From contig CAXXHB010000002.1 in assembly GCA_963664815.2 (NCBI GenBank), forward strand, positions 288,001 through 352,000: DNA of 64,000 nt, given 5' to 3'. Below are positions 41,851 through 52,836 of this stretch, piece by piece. How positions within the stretch are numbered: the first letter of the stretch is position 1; every line of letters begins with the position of its first letter. The position numbers and the translations under genes were made by a program. The notes under the pieces were generated by a model. It made no database searches. It worked only from the letters and a program-made list of their open reading frames with translations, and was not told the DNA's origin. This stretch comes from Spirochaetota bacterium. GTDB taxonomy: Bacteria > Spirochaetota > UBA4802 > UBA5550.

Positions 41851-43557
41851 ATGCTTCAAGATCTTAGAATAAAAAATTTTGTAATAATCGATTCCCTTAC
41901 AGTAACATTCAAAGAGGGATTAAATATACTCAGCGGAGAGACCGGGGCGGGAAAATCAATTCTTATCGATGCGCTTTCAGGAGTACTTGGCGAAAAAATG
42001 AGTATCGATATGATACGAACAGGTTTTGACAGGGCATCTCTCGAAGCTGTATTTGACATTTCAAATCTCAATGATCTCAAAGCGCTCCTTGAAGAATCCG
42101 GAATTGAAAACGAGGATGATACCCTTATCATTCACAGGGAGTTGTTCTCCAACGGAAAGGGACGCTGCTATGCAAACTCTGTTCAGATACCTGTAGCCAA
42201 GCTAAAAGAGATTTCTGAATATCTCATTGATATACATGGACAAAACGAGCATCAGAACATTGTCAATGTTTCAAAACACCGTGAACTTCTTGACAGCTTC
42301 GGATCTCTTTACAACGAAGTAAACGCTGTTAAAACGATACATGAAAAGCTTACAGCGATACGAAATAAAATAAACTCCTTTCAGATAGATGAAAAAGAGA
42401 AAGCAAGAAGGATTGAATTCAATACCTTCTCCGTTAAGGAGATTGAATCTTCAAACCTGAGAATCGGAGAAGATGAAGAACTTAAATCCGAATCAAATCT
42501 TCTTTCAAATGCCGAAAAACTCTTTACAGAGGTAAACAGCGCTGCAGACCTTATTTCAGGGGAAAACGGAGTTCTCAGAAACCTTAAAAAAACTGAATCA
42601 GGATTATCCAGAATTTCAGATATAGATCCCAACATTTCACCTGTGCTGGATGCTATCAGGGAAGCTCTCTACTCTCTGGAAGATTCCACATCCATATTAA
42701 GAGACTATAAACAGAATATAGACTTTTCACCTGAAAGAGTAAACCAGGTAGAGGAGAGATTAAATCTTATACACTCGCTGAAGAAAAAGTATGGAGACAG
42801 TATTCAGGAAATACTTCAATATGCTGAAAAAGCAAAGAGTGAACTTGATACAATTAATTCAAGTGATGAGCAGCTTGAACAGTTAAAGGATCATGAAAAG
42901 AAAGCTGTAAAAGAAGCAAAAAATTTCGCTCTTGATCTCTCTGAAAAAAGAAAGGTTGCCGCAAAAAAACTCGAAGAACTTGTAATTAAAGAACTGAATG
43001 ATCTCGGTATGAATGGAACTGTTTTCAGCATTTCCATTAAACAGGATGTCAGCAACGATGGAGATATTGAGTCAGGGGGCAAAAAATATATTCTTTATCC
43101 TCATGGTCTTGACCGGATAGAATTTCTTCTTTCAGCAAACGAAGGTGAAGATTTAAAACAACTCAGAAAAGTCGCATCAGGTGGGGAGATGTCGCGTATT
43201 ATGCTTGCGCTGAAAAATGTTATACAATCCGCAGATATTGTTGATACTCTTATCTTCGATGAAGTAGATGCAGGGATAAGCGGGAAGACTGCCGAAATTG
43301 TAGGGAAAAAGCTGAAAAATCTTTCAAAAAGAAGGCAGGTTCTTCTTATCACACATCTGCCGCAGATTGCTGCCATGTCCGACAGTCATTACCTTGTACA
43401 AAAGGGTAAAACCGACGGAAGAGTAACAACTGTTGTAAAAATTCTCAACGAAAAGGAAAAGATTCGTGAAGTTGCAAGAATGCTTGCAGGCGCCGAGATA
43501 ACGGATATTTCCATAAAACATGCTGAAGAACTGATCGGGAAGTCCGGTACATACTGA
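41851..43557 (+). CDS. recN: DNA repair protein RecN
   Basis: GETGAGKS, IHGQNEHQ, ASGGEMSR, FDEVDAG and ITHLPQIA motifs. Confidence 0.97.
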   Translation: MLQDLRIKNFVIIDSLTVTFKEGLNILSGETGAGKSILIDALSGVLGEKMSIDMIRTGFDRASLEAVFDISNLNDLKALLEESGIENEDDTLIIHRELFSNGKGRCYANSVQIPVAKLKEISEYLIDIHGQNEHQNIVNVSKHRELLDSFGSLYNEVNAVKTIHEKLTAIRNKINSFQIDEKEKARRIEFNTFSVKEIESSNLRIGEDEELKSESNLLSNAEKLFTEVNSAADLISGENGVLRNLKKTESGLSRISDIDPNISPVLDAIREALYSLEDSTSILRDYKQNIDFSPERVNQVEERLNLIHSLKKKYGDSIQEILQYAEKAKSELDTINSSDEQLEQLKDHEKKAVKEAKNFALDLSEKRKVAAKKLEELVIKELNDLGMNGTVFSISIKQDVSNDGDIESGGKKYILYPHGLDRIEFLLSANEGEDLKQLRKVASGGEMSRIMLALKNVIQSADIVDTLIFDEVDAGISGKTAEIVGKKLKNLSKRRQVLLITHLPQIAAMSDSHYLVQKGKTDGRVTTVVKILNEKEKIREVARMLAGAEITDISIKHAEELIGKSGTY

Positions 43558-44138
43558 TGCCTTATGATTCGGTTAACCTCACGGATATTCTTACTTTAAT
43601 TATTCACGATATGATTAAATCCACCGATGTATTTAAATCTTTTGATCTAAATAAAATTATCGTATGCTGCGCCTCAAACCGTAAAGATTTCAGAGGCGCT
43701 ACTTATGGAAAACTCTTACCTCTCAGATTTAAGGACGGATCGGAGATAATAAGACACAATGGACAAATTTATTCAATCCCTAAAGTTATGATCAACGGAA
43801 CAGAAATCCTCTATATTATTTATTTCTATATCCCGAAGTTTTTTAATCTATCCGTTAAAGACAAAATAAACGTCATGTTTCATGAACTTTATCATATCAA
43901 TCCGGATTTTAATGGCGACATAAGAAGAATGGGGGAATTTAAATCCGCCCATGGTCATTCAAGAAAAGCATTCGAAGAAAAATATATTGAATATGCTGAC
44001 AGCTTTTTTTACAATATCGAATCGACTCCCTATTATAATTTTCTTAAAATGAATTCTGATGAAATAAAAAGAAGTTTTAAAAAAATAACATTCAGAAGAA
44101 TGAAAAGTATAAAACCTGTCTTAATGGCTGCAAACTAA
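43557..44138 (+). CDS. Putative zinc metallopeptidase (HExxH)
   Basis: FHELYHI..F.GDIRR; overlaps the recN stop. Confidence 0.7.
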   Translation: MPYDSVNLTDILTLIIHDMIKSTDVFKSFDLNKIIVCCASNRKDFRGATYGKLLPLRFKDGSEIIRHNGQIYSIPKVMINGTEILYIIYFYIPKFFNLSVKDKINVMFHELYHINPDFNGDIRRMGEFKSAHGHSRKAFEEKYIEYADSFFYNIESTPYYNFLKMNSDEIKRSFKKITFRRMKSIKPVLMAAN

Positions 44139-44410
44139 AAGCTGTAATCTCCATCAGTATTTCCCGCAAAGTCACTTATTGATATGTCATCAATACTTCC
44201 ATAGAAAAGATATCCTTCAGGATTTGTTATCAAAGCCGTTATATAACGCTTAAAAACAGCTTCTTCTTTTATATTCAGAATCAGCTTTACTGAGCCGTCA
44301 TGGAGATTTGTAGCAGATCCGTTTATTGAATATCGTCTGGCATATTTTGCACAATAACCCCTGCATCCGACACCCTGTACTCTCCCTTTTAATATTACTT
44401 TTTTTATCAT
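44135..44410 (-). CDS. Acylphosphatase
   Basis: GRVQGVGCR and GSATNLHDGSV motifs. Confidence 0.85.
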   Translation of the reverse strand: MIKKVILKGRVQGVGCRGYCAKYARRYSINGSATNLHDGSVKLILNIKEEAVFKRYITALITNPEGYLFYGSIDDISISDFAGNTDGDYSF

Positions 44411-44648
44411 ATTATCTTCAATGTTAATTCCTTAACAAATATTTAAATGTAAAATTTAATATATTTCCCGTTCGCCTGCAGCGGCCTGGAAAACATGGCA
44501 TTACCTGTTATAAAGAGTTCAGTAATTATTTTTTTAGACTCTTGACAATAATCATTTATAATCAACAATTATTCCTGTTGATCACGACTGTTTTGTCAAC
44601 AGAGGTTTCTACTCATCTCCTCAATAATTTACTATATTATAAAATATT

Positions 44649-45467
44649 ATGAAAAAAAAATATTTATTAACTACAGAAGATGGAACTGCAACTCTGTTTC
44701 TTGAGGAATACGAGCAGGCTATGCACTCCATGTCCGGAGCCTATGAAGAGTCTCTGTTGAAACATATTATTCCTTCAGGTATTCTTGAATGTGAAAAAGA
44801 CATTCTCAATGTTCTCGATGTAGGTTTCGGCCTGGGATATAATGTACTCGCGCTTATAAACGAATTCCTGAATAAAAACGATACAAGGAAACTTAATATT
44901 TACTCCCTTGAAAAAGACCGAAATTTCATGGAGTTCATAAATTCCATAACATTTAATGATTCAAGGGACAACATTTACAGCTTTATCAGTGAAACATATC
45001 TATCGGGAGAAGGTAATCTTAACGGAATCAACCTTAAAATTCTTTTTGATGATGCCCGGAAATCCATTAAAAATCTTTATGGTACAAAATTTCATGCCAT
45101 CTTTCAGGATCCCTTTTCCCCCTCAAAAAATCCTGAATTGTGGAGTACTGATTACTTTATTGAATTAAAAAAACTGCTGGCAGAAAACGGAATAATTACT
45201 ACATATTCAAGCGCAGATCATATAAGAAGAGCTATGATTGAAGCCGGATTTCATATTGGACGCGGTCCATCTGTCGGGAAAAAGAGAGAAGGAACTTTAG
45301 CCTCTTCATGTAATATAACCCGTGAACTTGATAAAGATGAAATAAAAGCTATAATCAATAATATTAAATCTATGCCTTATGAAGATCCCGGTTTAAACGC
45401 AGAAAGAGAAACTATACTTGAAAACAGATTGCTCAAAATAAAAAATATTAAAAATAATATTAAATAA
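44649..45467 (+). CDS. Stand-alone MnmC2/MnmD-type tRNA mnm5s2U methyltransferase
   Basis: TEDGTATL, MHS..GAYEES, DVGFGLGYN, QDPFSPSKNPELW, TYS and GKKREG motifs. Confidence 0.85.
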   Translation: MKKKYLLTTEDGTATLFLEEYEQAMHSMSGAYEESLLKHIIPSGILECEKDILNVLDVGFGLGYNVLALINEFLNKNDTRKLNIYSLEKDRNFMEFINSITFNDSRDNIYSFISETYLSGEGNLNGINLKILFDDARKSIKNLYGTKFHAIFQDPFSPSKNPELWSTDYFIELKKLLAENGIITTYSSADHIRRAMIEAGFHIGRGPSVGKKREGTLASSCNITRELDKDEIKAIINNIKSMPYEDPGLNAERETILENRLLKIKNIKNNIK

Positions 45468-47277
45468 TATCATCAAGTTCATCAAAAAGGGATTCTTCTG
45501 TTTTAATCTCCTCTTTTCTTTTCTCTTTATTCTCTTCAATCTCTTCAATCTCTTCAATGACCCGGTTTTCTGAAGAGGACTCATTTATTACTTCGATCTG
45601 TTTTTCATTCTCTCCAAATTCCAGATTACCGGACAGATCCCCCTCCGGGCCTGTACGATATGAAAGAGCCGATGCGTAATTATATACTGTCTCAACAGCT
45701 TCATAAATCTTTTTATCTTTTAATTTTTTACTGCCTTCAATCTCATGAGTAAATTCAAGAATATCCTGCGGATTTGAAATATACTTTTGCTTTCCATTCA
45801 TATCTTCAATAAGAACAGACAGCTCGTTTGTAACATTATCCATAAATGATTTAATAGCCATCCGGCATTTGGAACCTGCTAGTTTTCTTTTCTTTTCAAT
45901 CTCATCCAGCCTTTTTGAATAAGCTATATACTGATCATTACTTAATGGTTTCTGTTTTATAATCTTTTTATTTTCAATACATGTATCATAGTATGCTTTA
46001 AAAGCAATTTGAGATTTATTGAGCTGGTTGAAAAGATCCTGCATTTTAGACATATAATCAATTTTAATATCTGAAGAAAAATCTATATTATATTTAATTT
46101 TATTCGTTGTCAGAATAAATGAATATTCTTTTTCAAATTCTATAAAGAGCATATAAGCCAGCAACACTTTGTCAGTATCTTCTAAAATTTCAAATTCACC
46201 TTTTTTTTCATACAGTTCCCTTAAAGTTTTATTTTCAAGACGGTACATCAATTTGAGACCCTCTTTTACTGAATCACTTACGGATAAAGTATCCGCTTCT
46301 TTTTCAGTATCAGACATCTGTTCCTCTTCCGGTTCTTTTTCAACCCGTGAATTAGTAGAATCATCCATCCTTCTGCGATTGCCCGGTTTTTCCGTTTTTG
46401 TTATGGATAGTATTTCTTCAATCATCTTATCTGATTCAGAGAACAAACTCCCCTGATAATGGCAGAACAAAGCATGCAGAGAGGGATATAATTTATTGAA
46501 AACAATAAAAAGAGAATTTTTTAATTCTCTTTTGTTTATACTTTTGTCTTTTTTACCTTCATTAAATGCAATGCTTATATCAATAGATTTTTCAAATGAA
46601 TTTAATATGGAATTTTCGTAAGGTTTTAAAATAAACAATAAACGAAATAAGTCTGTTAACGACTCCCTGAGTTCTGAAAGAGGCTTTGGTACATTCGGAA
46701 AATTTTTATACCCTTCAATAACATGATCAAAAATATATGGTTCATATAAATTACCTGCCTTTTCAATTAACTCATAATAGATCGGCGATATTTTATCAAG
46801 AGAGCGAATTATTTTATTACCTGTTTTTATATCTTTTTTAAATAAAGCAAAATATATCATCTGTATTTCAATTAATGATGGTTTGAAATAGTCATTAAAT
46901 CTCTGGAAAAATGTATTTTTAAAAAACACGGTTGAAAATCCCGTTATTCCAAGAAGTCTTAATCGCATTCTGATTCTGAAACGATCAAATGGAGTTGATG
47001 TAACAAAAGAAATATTTGGAACATTTTTTTTATAATTTACAACTCTGTTCACGGAGGGAATTCTTTTATTTGAGTAATGTGCATCCAGTTTCTGTTGATG
47101 CTGTTTCTGTTTATTCCTGTCTATTACCAGGTTTTTTCTTGTTTCTCTTTCTGATAAAACCTGTCCTCCGGCATCCCTGAATTTATTGAATAAATCCTTT
47201 CTTTGGTTATCGTCAATTTCATTAACCTTGAGATTCTGTTTGGTTTTATCAATGTCTTTCATTTTAAACCTGTTCAA
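45460..47277 (-). CDS. Hypothetical helical protein
   Basis: 605-aa ORF with acidic tail including an (IEE)3 repeat; no recognisable catalytic motif. Confidence 0.7.
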   Translation of the reverse strand: MNRFKMKDIDKTKQNLKVNEIDDNQRKDLFNKFRDAGGQVLSERETRKNLVIDRNKQKQHQQKLDAHYSNKRIPSVNRVVNYKKNVPNISFVTSTPFDRFRIRMRLRLLGITGFSTVFFKNTFFQRFNDYFKPSLIEIQMIYFALFKKDIKTGNKIIRSLDKISPIYYELIEKAGNLYEPYIFDHVIEGYKNFPNVPKPLSELRESLTDLFRLLFILKPYENSILNSFEKSIDISIAFNEGKKDKSINKRELKNSLFIVFNKLYPSLHALFCHYQGSLFSESDKMIEEILSITKTEKPGNRRRMDDSTNSRVEKEPEEEQMSDTEKEADTLSVSDSVKEGLKLMYRLENKTLRELYEKKGEFEILEDTDKVLLAYMLFIEFEKEYSFILTTNKIKYNIDFSSDIKIDYMSKMQDLFNQLNKSQIAFKAYYDTCIENKKIIKQKPLSNDQYIAYSKRLDEIEKKRKLAGSKCRMAIKSFMDNVTNELSVLIEDMNGKQKYISNPQDILEFTHEIEGSKKLKDKKIYEAVETVYNYASALSYRTGPEGDLSGNLEFGENEKQIEVINESSSENRVIEEIEEIEENKEKRKEEIKTEESLFDELDDII

Positions 47278-47489
47278 TAATTATTAAAAAAATTATATAT
47301 AATCAATTTTCATTTATCTTTATCTATATTTATCTATATTTATGCATCAAGTAGATAAATAACAGTACTAATAATTTTAAAATACATGAAAATGGTGTTA
47401 AAAATATTAACATAAGTCAATTATTTTATTGTTGATAAAATACTGATAAACTATATTATAAAATATCATATAATTCAGGGAGCCTGTCT

Positions 47490-48332
47490 ATGAAGAATAT
47501 TGGAATAATCGGTGCAGGAACAATGGGCACCGATCTGGCGCAAATTACTGCAGAAGCAGGTTATCATGTTAAACTTTTTGACAGTAATCTTAAAAAATCT
47601 CAAAGTGCATTAAATGTAATCTTTTCAAGACTTGAAGAGTATCTTAAGAAAGACAGAATTTCTGAATCTGATAATGAAAAAATCAGATCTTTCATTAAAA
47701 TTGAGGAAAATATCAGCGGATTATCCGAGTCGGATATTATTCTTGAAGCTGTAAACGAAGATCTTAACACAAAAAAAAATATATTTAATCAATTAAACGA
47801 AATCAGTAAAGCCGGCAGCATACTTGCTTCCCTTACATCATCAATATCCATAACAGAAATTGCATCTGCAACCACACGTCCTGAATCTGTCATTGGACTG
47901 CATTTTCTGAATCCTGCTAGAGTATTATCCCTTGTGGAAATTGTTCCCGGATTCTCTACAACCAGAGAGACCGTAGAAATGGCGAAATCTTTTCTGAAGA
48001 AGCTTGGAAAAGATTTCGTTGAGGCTAAAGACTATCCCGGATTTTATCTGAACCGGATTTTATACCCGATGATTAATGAAGCAATCTTTCTTCTTTATGA
48101 AGGTGGAACAAAGCCTGAAATTATAGATAAAGCAATGAAAAAAGGTTTAAATCTGCCAATGGGTCCTCTTGAAATAGCTGATATGGTAGGCCTGGATGTC
48201 ATTCTCGGAATTGGAGAGGAGATGCTCAGAGGTTATGCAGATCATAAATACAGACCATGCCCCCTGCTGAGAAGATATGTAGCCTCGGGATATCTTGGGC
48301 AAAAAACAGGGAGAGGTTTTTACCTTTACTGA
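47490..48332 (+). CDS. 3-hydroxyacyl(butyryl)-CoA dehydrogenase
   Basis: IGAGTMG, EAVNE, GLHFLNP, PMGPLE.AD.VGLD and LGQKTGRGFY motifs. Confidence 0.93.
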   Translation: MKNIGIIGAGTMGTDLAQITAEAGYHVKLFDSNLKKSQSALNVIFSRLEEYLKKDRISESDNEKIRSFIKIEENISGLSESDIILEAVNEDLNTKKNIFNQLNEISKAGSILASLTSSISITEIASATTRPESVIGLHFLNPARVLSLVEIVPGFSTTRETVEMAKSFLKKLGKDFVEAKDYPGFYLNRILYPMINEAIFLLYEGGTKPEIIDKAMKKGLNLPMGPLEIADMVGLDVILGIGEEMLRGYADHKYRPCPLLRRYVASGYLGQKTGRGFYLY

Positions 48333-48337
48333 TTATT

Positions 48338-49126
48338 ATGAAAATTATTAAAAAAAAATTTATTATAATCTTCATATTCTATTTTTATTTAATTTCTTCA
48401 TCAATTGCTTCCCAGTTTGAAGAGCTTGATAAACCACCGGAAGGCGCTCACAAGGGACAAATGCTTCTTGGAGGATTTGTCTCTCTTGGTATTCCCTATG
48501 GTGATATTATTTCCGGAGAGACAGATTTTGTTGATAAAAATACATACACTTTTGATGACAGTGAGGTTACAAAAGATTTTGTGATAACTCATCTTTCTTA
48601 TGATTTCGGAGCTTCATTTGAATATATGCCAATGGATCATATAGGAATAAAAACAAAGTTAAAGCGCGTTATCATTGTTCAAAGAACATTATTTGGTTCG
48701 GATTTTCAGAACTGGAATGAAATTCTTTATAAAAATTATTCATTTTTACTTGGGCCATCTTTTCACTTAACTGACAGAAAGCAATGGGATATCACTCTTA
48801 CTCCTGTGATAGGATATGCCTGGGCAAAATACAGGGCAACTCCTGTTGCTTCAAAACTTCTTACGGCGTCAATTTATACTGACAGCGATGATAGTAACAG
48901 GGATGTTAATGGCTTTACTTATGGAGCCGAATTAAATCTTACTTTTTATTTAAGCGGTGGATTATATCTCTCCATCGGCGCTGACTGGAACAGATATCCA
49001 TTATCTTTCAGTCCGCCATTAACACTTTCACAATCTTCGGGAACAACATTTCTTGATGGTAAAACCTCCGGGAACATTGATACCATCAATTTCGCTCTGT
49101 CTGCCGGGTATGCTTTTTCCAACTAA
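48338..49126 (+). CDS. Outer-membrane beta-barrel-like protein
   Basis: Signal peptide from ATG 48338, amphipathic strands, C-terminal LSAGYAF. Confidence 0.6.
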   Translation: MKIIKKKFIIIFIFYFYLISSSIASQFEELDKPPEGAHKGQMLLGGFVSLGIPYGDIISGETDFVDKNTYTFDDSEVTKDFVITHLSYDFGASFEYMPMDHIGIKTKLKRVIIVQRTLFGSDFQNWNEILYKNYSFLLGPSFHLTDRKQWDITLTPVIGYAWAKYRATPVASKLLTASIYTDSDDSNRDVNGFTYGAELNLTFYLSGGLYLSIGADWNRYPLSFSPPLTLSQSSGTTFLDGKTSGNIDTINFALSAGYAFSN

Positions 49127-50112
49127 GCCTTATTTTTTTCCGTCAGATATATCAATCTCATTGCATTCAGGGTTGTCCATCTGCTTTTTTCCTCTTTTTC
49201 TTTTATCATTCCAGGGAGCCGGTTTTCACAATTCCATGTTCCGTCATCATTCTGTTTTTTAATTATATTATTAAAAAGTTCATCATTTATATTTATTCCG
49301 TTTTCCATTATTCCTGACAACAATATCAGGCCTGAAAGATAATCATACTGAGACATTACTGGATAACCAATTTTTGCAAAATTAACTGAATTCCCGCATA
49401 ATATTCTTTTCTGTCTGCTTATGAAAAAATTATTCTTTAAAAAATATTCTGCAGCTTTCTTAACAATGTTTTTATGAGAAAAGTCATTCAGATAAACCAG
49501 AGCTCTAAGGCATGAATAGCTTGCAACAGGACAGCTTGATACATCTTCAATATTTTCATATTTTAAACCGCTCCCTGATTTATTCAGAAAAACCAGCTTC
49601 ATCACATCACAAAAACCTGCGACAGGACAGTGAAGCCATCCTCCATCTTTTCTCTGATTATTAACAACCCATTTTATACCATTTTCTGAACGGGAATCAT
49701 TTATACCGCTTTTTATCAATGACAGAATCATATTTCCTGATCTGCATCCAACTGCATCTGATGATCTGTAATTAAATTTAAATCCGCCATTGTCCAGTTG
49801 TGTTTTTTTACAAAGATAATCGGCTGTAGATTCAACAAATTCTTCTGTATGATTATATCCTGATTCTACTGCCAGTAGAAAAAACCATACCGATCCTCTG
49901 TAAAATATATCTGTATTTTTACTATCTCCAAGCACGTTATTAGAATAATTTTTTTTAAAAAAATCTGTTAAATCCGAGTTTATAAGCTCTTTATATATCT
50001 CTTCATGATCCTGATTTTTCAGGATTTCATTTTTTGTATGATATCTTACTGCAGGATTTTTTTCTTCAATAAGCCATGGTATCGGGTCACTCTTTATATA
50101 CTTATTAATCAT
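49123..50112 (-). CDS. Prenyltransferase/squalene-cyclase repeat (alpha/alpha barrel) protein
   Basis: DPIPWL..NPAVRY, QLDNGGF, QRKDGGW, QNDDGTW and SRWTTLNA motifs. Confidence 0.75.
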   Translation of the reverse strand: MINKYIKSDPIPWLIEEKNPAVRYHTKNEILKNQDHEEIYKELINSDLTDFFKKNYSNNVLGDSKNTDIFYRGSVWFFLLAVESGYNHTEEFVESTADYLCKKTQLDNGGFKFNYRSSDAVGCRSGNMILSLIKSGINDSRSENGIKWVVNNQRKDGGWLHCPVAGFCDVMKLVFLNKSGSGLKYENIEDVSSCPVASYSCLRALVYLNDFSHKNIVKKAAEYFLKNNFFISRQKRILCGNSVNFAKIGYPVMSQYDYLSGLILLSGIMENGININDELFNNIIKKQNDDGTWNCENRLPGMIKEKEEKSRWTTLNAMRLIYLTEKNKA

Positions 50113-50798
50113 TCATTTACACCAGAAGCCAGATATTCAGCAAATTTCAAATCCTGTTCAGTTGTTATTTTGACATTTTTATATGAACCCGGAACAACAG
50201 AAACTGTATATCCGTAATTGACTACAAGTGATACGTCATCCGTTATACCGCTTTTTTTTACCTCTTTCTGATACAGATGTGCTTCTTTTATAATATTGTA
50301 ACGAAATCCCTGCGGTGTCTGAGCCGAAAAAACATTTCTCCTCTCGGGAATATACTCAACAGCATTGTCTTTTACAATTGCAATAGTGTCTGTTGATTGA
50401 ACATATGTTCCGCACGCACCTGTTTCTTTAACCCCGTTTATTAATTCATTAATTATCTCTCCGGAAACAAATGGACGCGCAGCATCATGAAATAATATAA
50501 TGTCCTCATCTTTTAACTCTGCAGATAAAACAGCATTATATGATGAATCCAGTCTCTCACTACCCCCTTCAATAACTGCTGATATTTTTGGATACTTTTT
50601 TTCAGGGAATATTTTCCCTATGCTCATTATAAGTTCTTTTTCAGAAACAATAATTATTTTATCAATAAGTCTGTTTTTATGAAAAGTATCTACAGACCAT
50701 GCTATAACAGGTTTGTCTCCCAGAATAAGCATCTGTTTCGGAGTATCACTGCCTAATCGTAAACCCTTTCCCCCGGCAAGTATTACAGCTACATTCAT
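50109..50798 (-). CDS. ispD: 2-C-methyl-D-erythritol 4-phosphate cytidylyltransferase
   Basis: LAGGKGLR, PKQ, HDAARP, QTPQGF, TDD and NVKITT motifs. Confidence 0.92.
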   Translation of the reverse strand: MNVAVILAGGKGLRLGSDTPKQMLILGDKPVIAWSVDTFHKNRLIDKIIIVSEKELIMSIGKIFPEKKYPKISAVIEGGSERLDSSYNAVLSAELKDEDIILFHDAARPFVSGEIINELINGVKETGACGTYVQSTDTIAIVKDNAVEYIPERRNVFSAQTPQGFRYNIIKEAHLYQKEVKKSGITDDVSLVVNYGYTVSVVPGSYKNVKITTEQDLKFAEYLASGVNE

Positions 50799-50888
50799 CA
50801 GAGTTAATTTATCTCCATAAAAAATATTTTTATTGAAGTATAATTCATATACTTCTAATATATTTCAATTATAAAAAGTGTGGTTAAT

Positions 50889-51398
50889 ATGAATAATATA
50901 AAAATAGGTATCATAACTGTCAGCGACAGATCATCAAGAGGTGAAAGAGATGATCTGTCAGGACCTGAAATAAAAAAATGGTGTAACAGGATGAATTACA
51001 CTGTAACAGAAGAACTTATAATTCCGGATGAAACTGATATAATAAAGAAAACTCTTATCGATCTCTCTGATAAAAATCTCGACCTCATACTTACTACAGG
51101 CGGCACAGGTTTTGCCCCGAGAGACAATACTCCGGAAGCGACAAGAGCTGTTATTGAAAAAGAGGCGCCCGGGTTTGCAGAAGTAATGCGTATGAAATCA
51201 CTTCAGATTACTCCACATGCAATGCTTTCACGTGCCGTTTCAGGAATCAGAAAAAAAACACTCATAATAAACCTTCCCGGAAGCCCGAAGGGTGCAAGAG
51301 AAAATCTTGAATTCATAGAAAGCGGAATCCCGCATGCTTTAAAGCTGCTGAGAAACGAAGTCAAAGACTGTGCAGAAGAAATGAAGAAATCAGAGTAA
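50889..51398 (+). CDS. mog: Molybdopterin adenylyltransferase (MogA/MoaB)
   Basis: TVSDR, DLSGP, TTGGTGFAPRDNTPEAT and NLPGSPK motifs. Confidence 0.92.
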   Translation: MNNIKIGIITVSDRSSRGERDDLSGPEIKKWCNRMNYTVTEELIIPDETDIIKKTLIDLSDKNLDLILTTGGTGFAPRDNTPEATRAVIEKEAPGFAEVMRMKSLQITPHAMLSRAVSGIRKKTLIINLPGSPKGARENLEFIESGIPHALKLLRNEVKDCAEEMKKSE

Positions 51399-51411
51399 AT
51401 GAAGAGATCTT

Positions 51412-51954
51412 ATGAATAACAAAGATCTGTTAAAACTCATTCATATAAAAAAAGGGGACATCACTCTGGAAATGAGCGAAGCAATTGTAAATGCTGCGAA
51501 TATATCTCTCCTTGGCGGTGGCGGTGTTGATGGAGCAATCCACCGGGCTGCCGGTCCGGAACTTCTTAATGAATGCAGAATGCTCGGTGGCTGCAATCCG
51601 GGTGAAGCGCGTATTACTAAAGGATACAAACTCCGGTCAAAATATGTAATACATACTCCAGGTCCGATATATCGTGACGGAAAAAGCGGAGAGCCGGAAA
51701 CTCTCTATAACTCATACTGGAATTCAATGATTCTTGTGAAAAGAAACAGTTTAAAATCTGTTTCATTTCCTGCAATATCCACGGGTGTTTACAGGTATCC
51801 CCGCGATAAGGCTGCTAAAATCGCTGTTGAGACAGTAATAAAATTTATAAAACATGAAGAGTATATCGTTGATGTTTCATTCGTTGTTTTTGATAATGAC
51901 AATTATGAAATCTATATAAAAACACTTGAGGAAATTAAAAATGAGCTACATTGA
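51412..51954 (+). CDS. Macro-domain O-acetyl-ADP-ribose deacetylase (YmdB-like)
   Basis: GDIT, AIVNAAN, GGGGVDGAIHRAAG and FPAISTGVY motifs. Confidence 0.93.
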   Translation: MNNKDLLKLIHIKKGDITLEMSEAIVNAANISLLGGGGVDGAIHRAAGPELLNECRMLGGCNPGEARITKGYKLRSKYVIHTPGPIYRDGKSGEPETLYNSYWNSMILVKRNSLKSVSFPAISTGVYRYPRDKAAKIAVETVIKFIKHEEYIVDVSFVVFDNDNYEIYIKTLEEIKNELH

Positions 51955-52783
51955 TACCCTGAAAAAAAGCAGTGAACAATTTTCAAGTATTGTCTGCATG
52001 GGACTTGATCCGGTGATTGAAGATATCCCTGAAAAAAATGGAACACCGGGCGAACGGATTTATACATTTTTTGAAAAAATACTTAATAAACATATTCAGA
52101 AAAATATTTTCCCGGGAGCTGTTAAACCTAACTATGCTTTCTATGCCCAGTATGGAGTTGATGGAATTATTTACCTTGATAAAATTATCAAAATCTACAA
52201 ATCGGCCGGTATTCCGGTTATCCTCGATTATAAAAGAGGCGATATCGGTAAAACAGCAAAGGCATATGCAAAAGAGGCTTTCGATTTCTTCAAAGCGGAT
52301 TCAGTAACACTTTCGCCGTATCTTGGTTATGATTCCATTGAACCATATATAAAAGATTATCCTGATAAAGGATATTATATTCTTACCAAAACATCCAATG
52401 CCAGCTCAGGAGAAATACAGGATATAAAATCCGGAAATAAGGAGATTTTTCTCAATGTTGCTGATCTGATCATAAAATGGTATCATCCCGGTCTTGGTTC
52501 AGTAGCTGGAGCAACATATCCTGAACAGCTTAAAAAAATTTCAGATATTTTTATTAACTCAGGAAAAGAGATTCCTTTTCTGATTCCGGGTGTTGGAGCC
52601 CAGGGGGGTAGCATTAAAGATGTAATGGAAGTTATCAGCAGATCTTCAGATATTGGTATTCACAGAATAAACGCCTCAAGCTCTTTAAATTACGCATATA
52701 AGACATTTAAAGATATGTCCTATGATGAGGCTTCCGTTGAAGCTCTCAAACAGATGAATGATGAGATCAATGCATTGAGGTAA
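51941..52783 (+). CDS. pyrF: Orotidine-5'-phosphate decarboxylase
   Basis: CMGLDP, KPNYAFY, LDYKRGDIGKT, SPYLG, KTSN and PGVGAQGG motifs. Confidence 0.94.
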   Translation: MSYIDTLKKSSEQFSSIVCMGLDPVIEDIPEKNGTPGERIYTFFEKILNKHIQKNIFPGAVKPNYAFYAQYGVDGIIYLDKIIKIYKSAGIPVILDYKRGDIGKTAKAYAKEAFDFFKADSVTLSPYLGYDSIEPYIKDYPDKGYYILTKTSNASSGEIQDIKSGNKEIFLNVADLIIKWYHPGLGSVAGATYPEQLKKISDIFINSGKEIPFLIPGVGAQGGSIKDVMEVISRSSDIGIHRINASSSLNYAYKTFKDMSYDEASVEALKQMNDEINALR

Positions 52784-52836
52784 TGCATTTTATTTGCATA
52801 ATTACCGGTATTTTTACTATTAAATATATTATTGTA

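Noticed and set aside
45530-45560. 9-bp tandem repeat
   Set aside because: In-frame (IEE)3 low-complexity tail; it would not cause phase variation.
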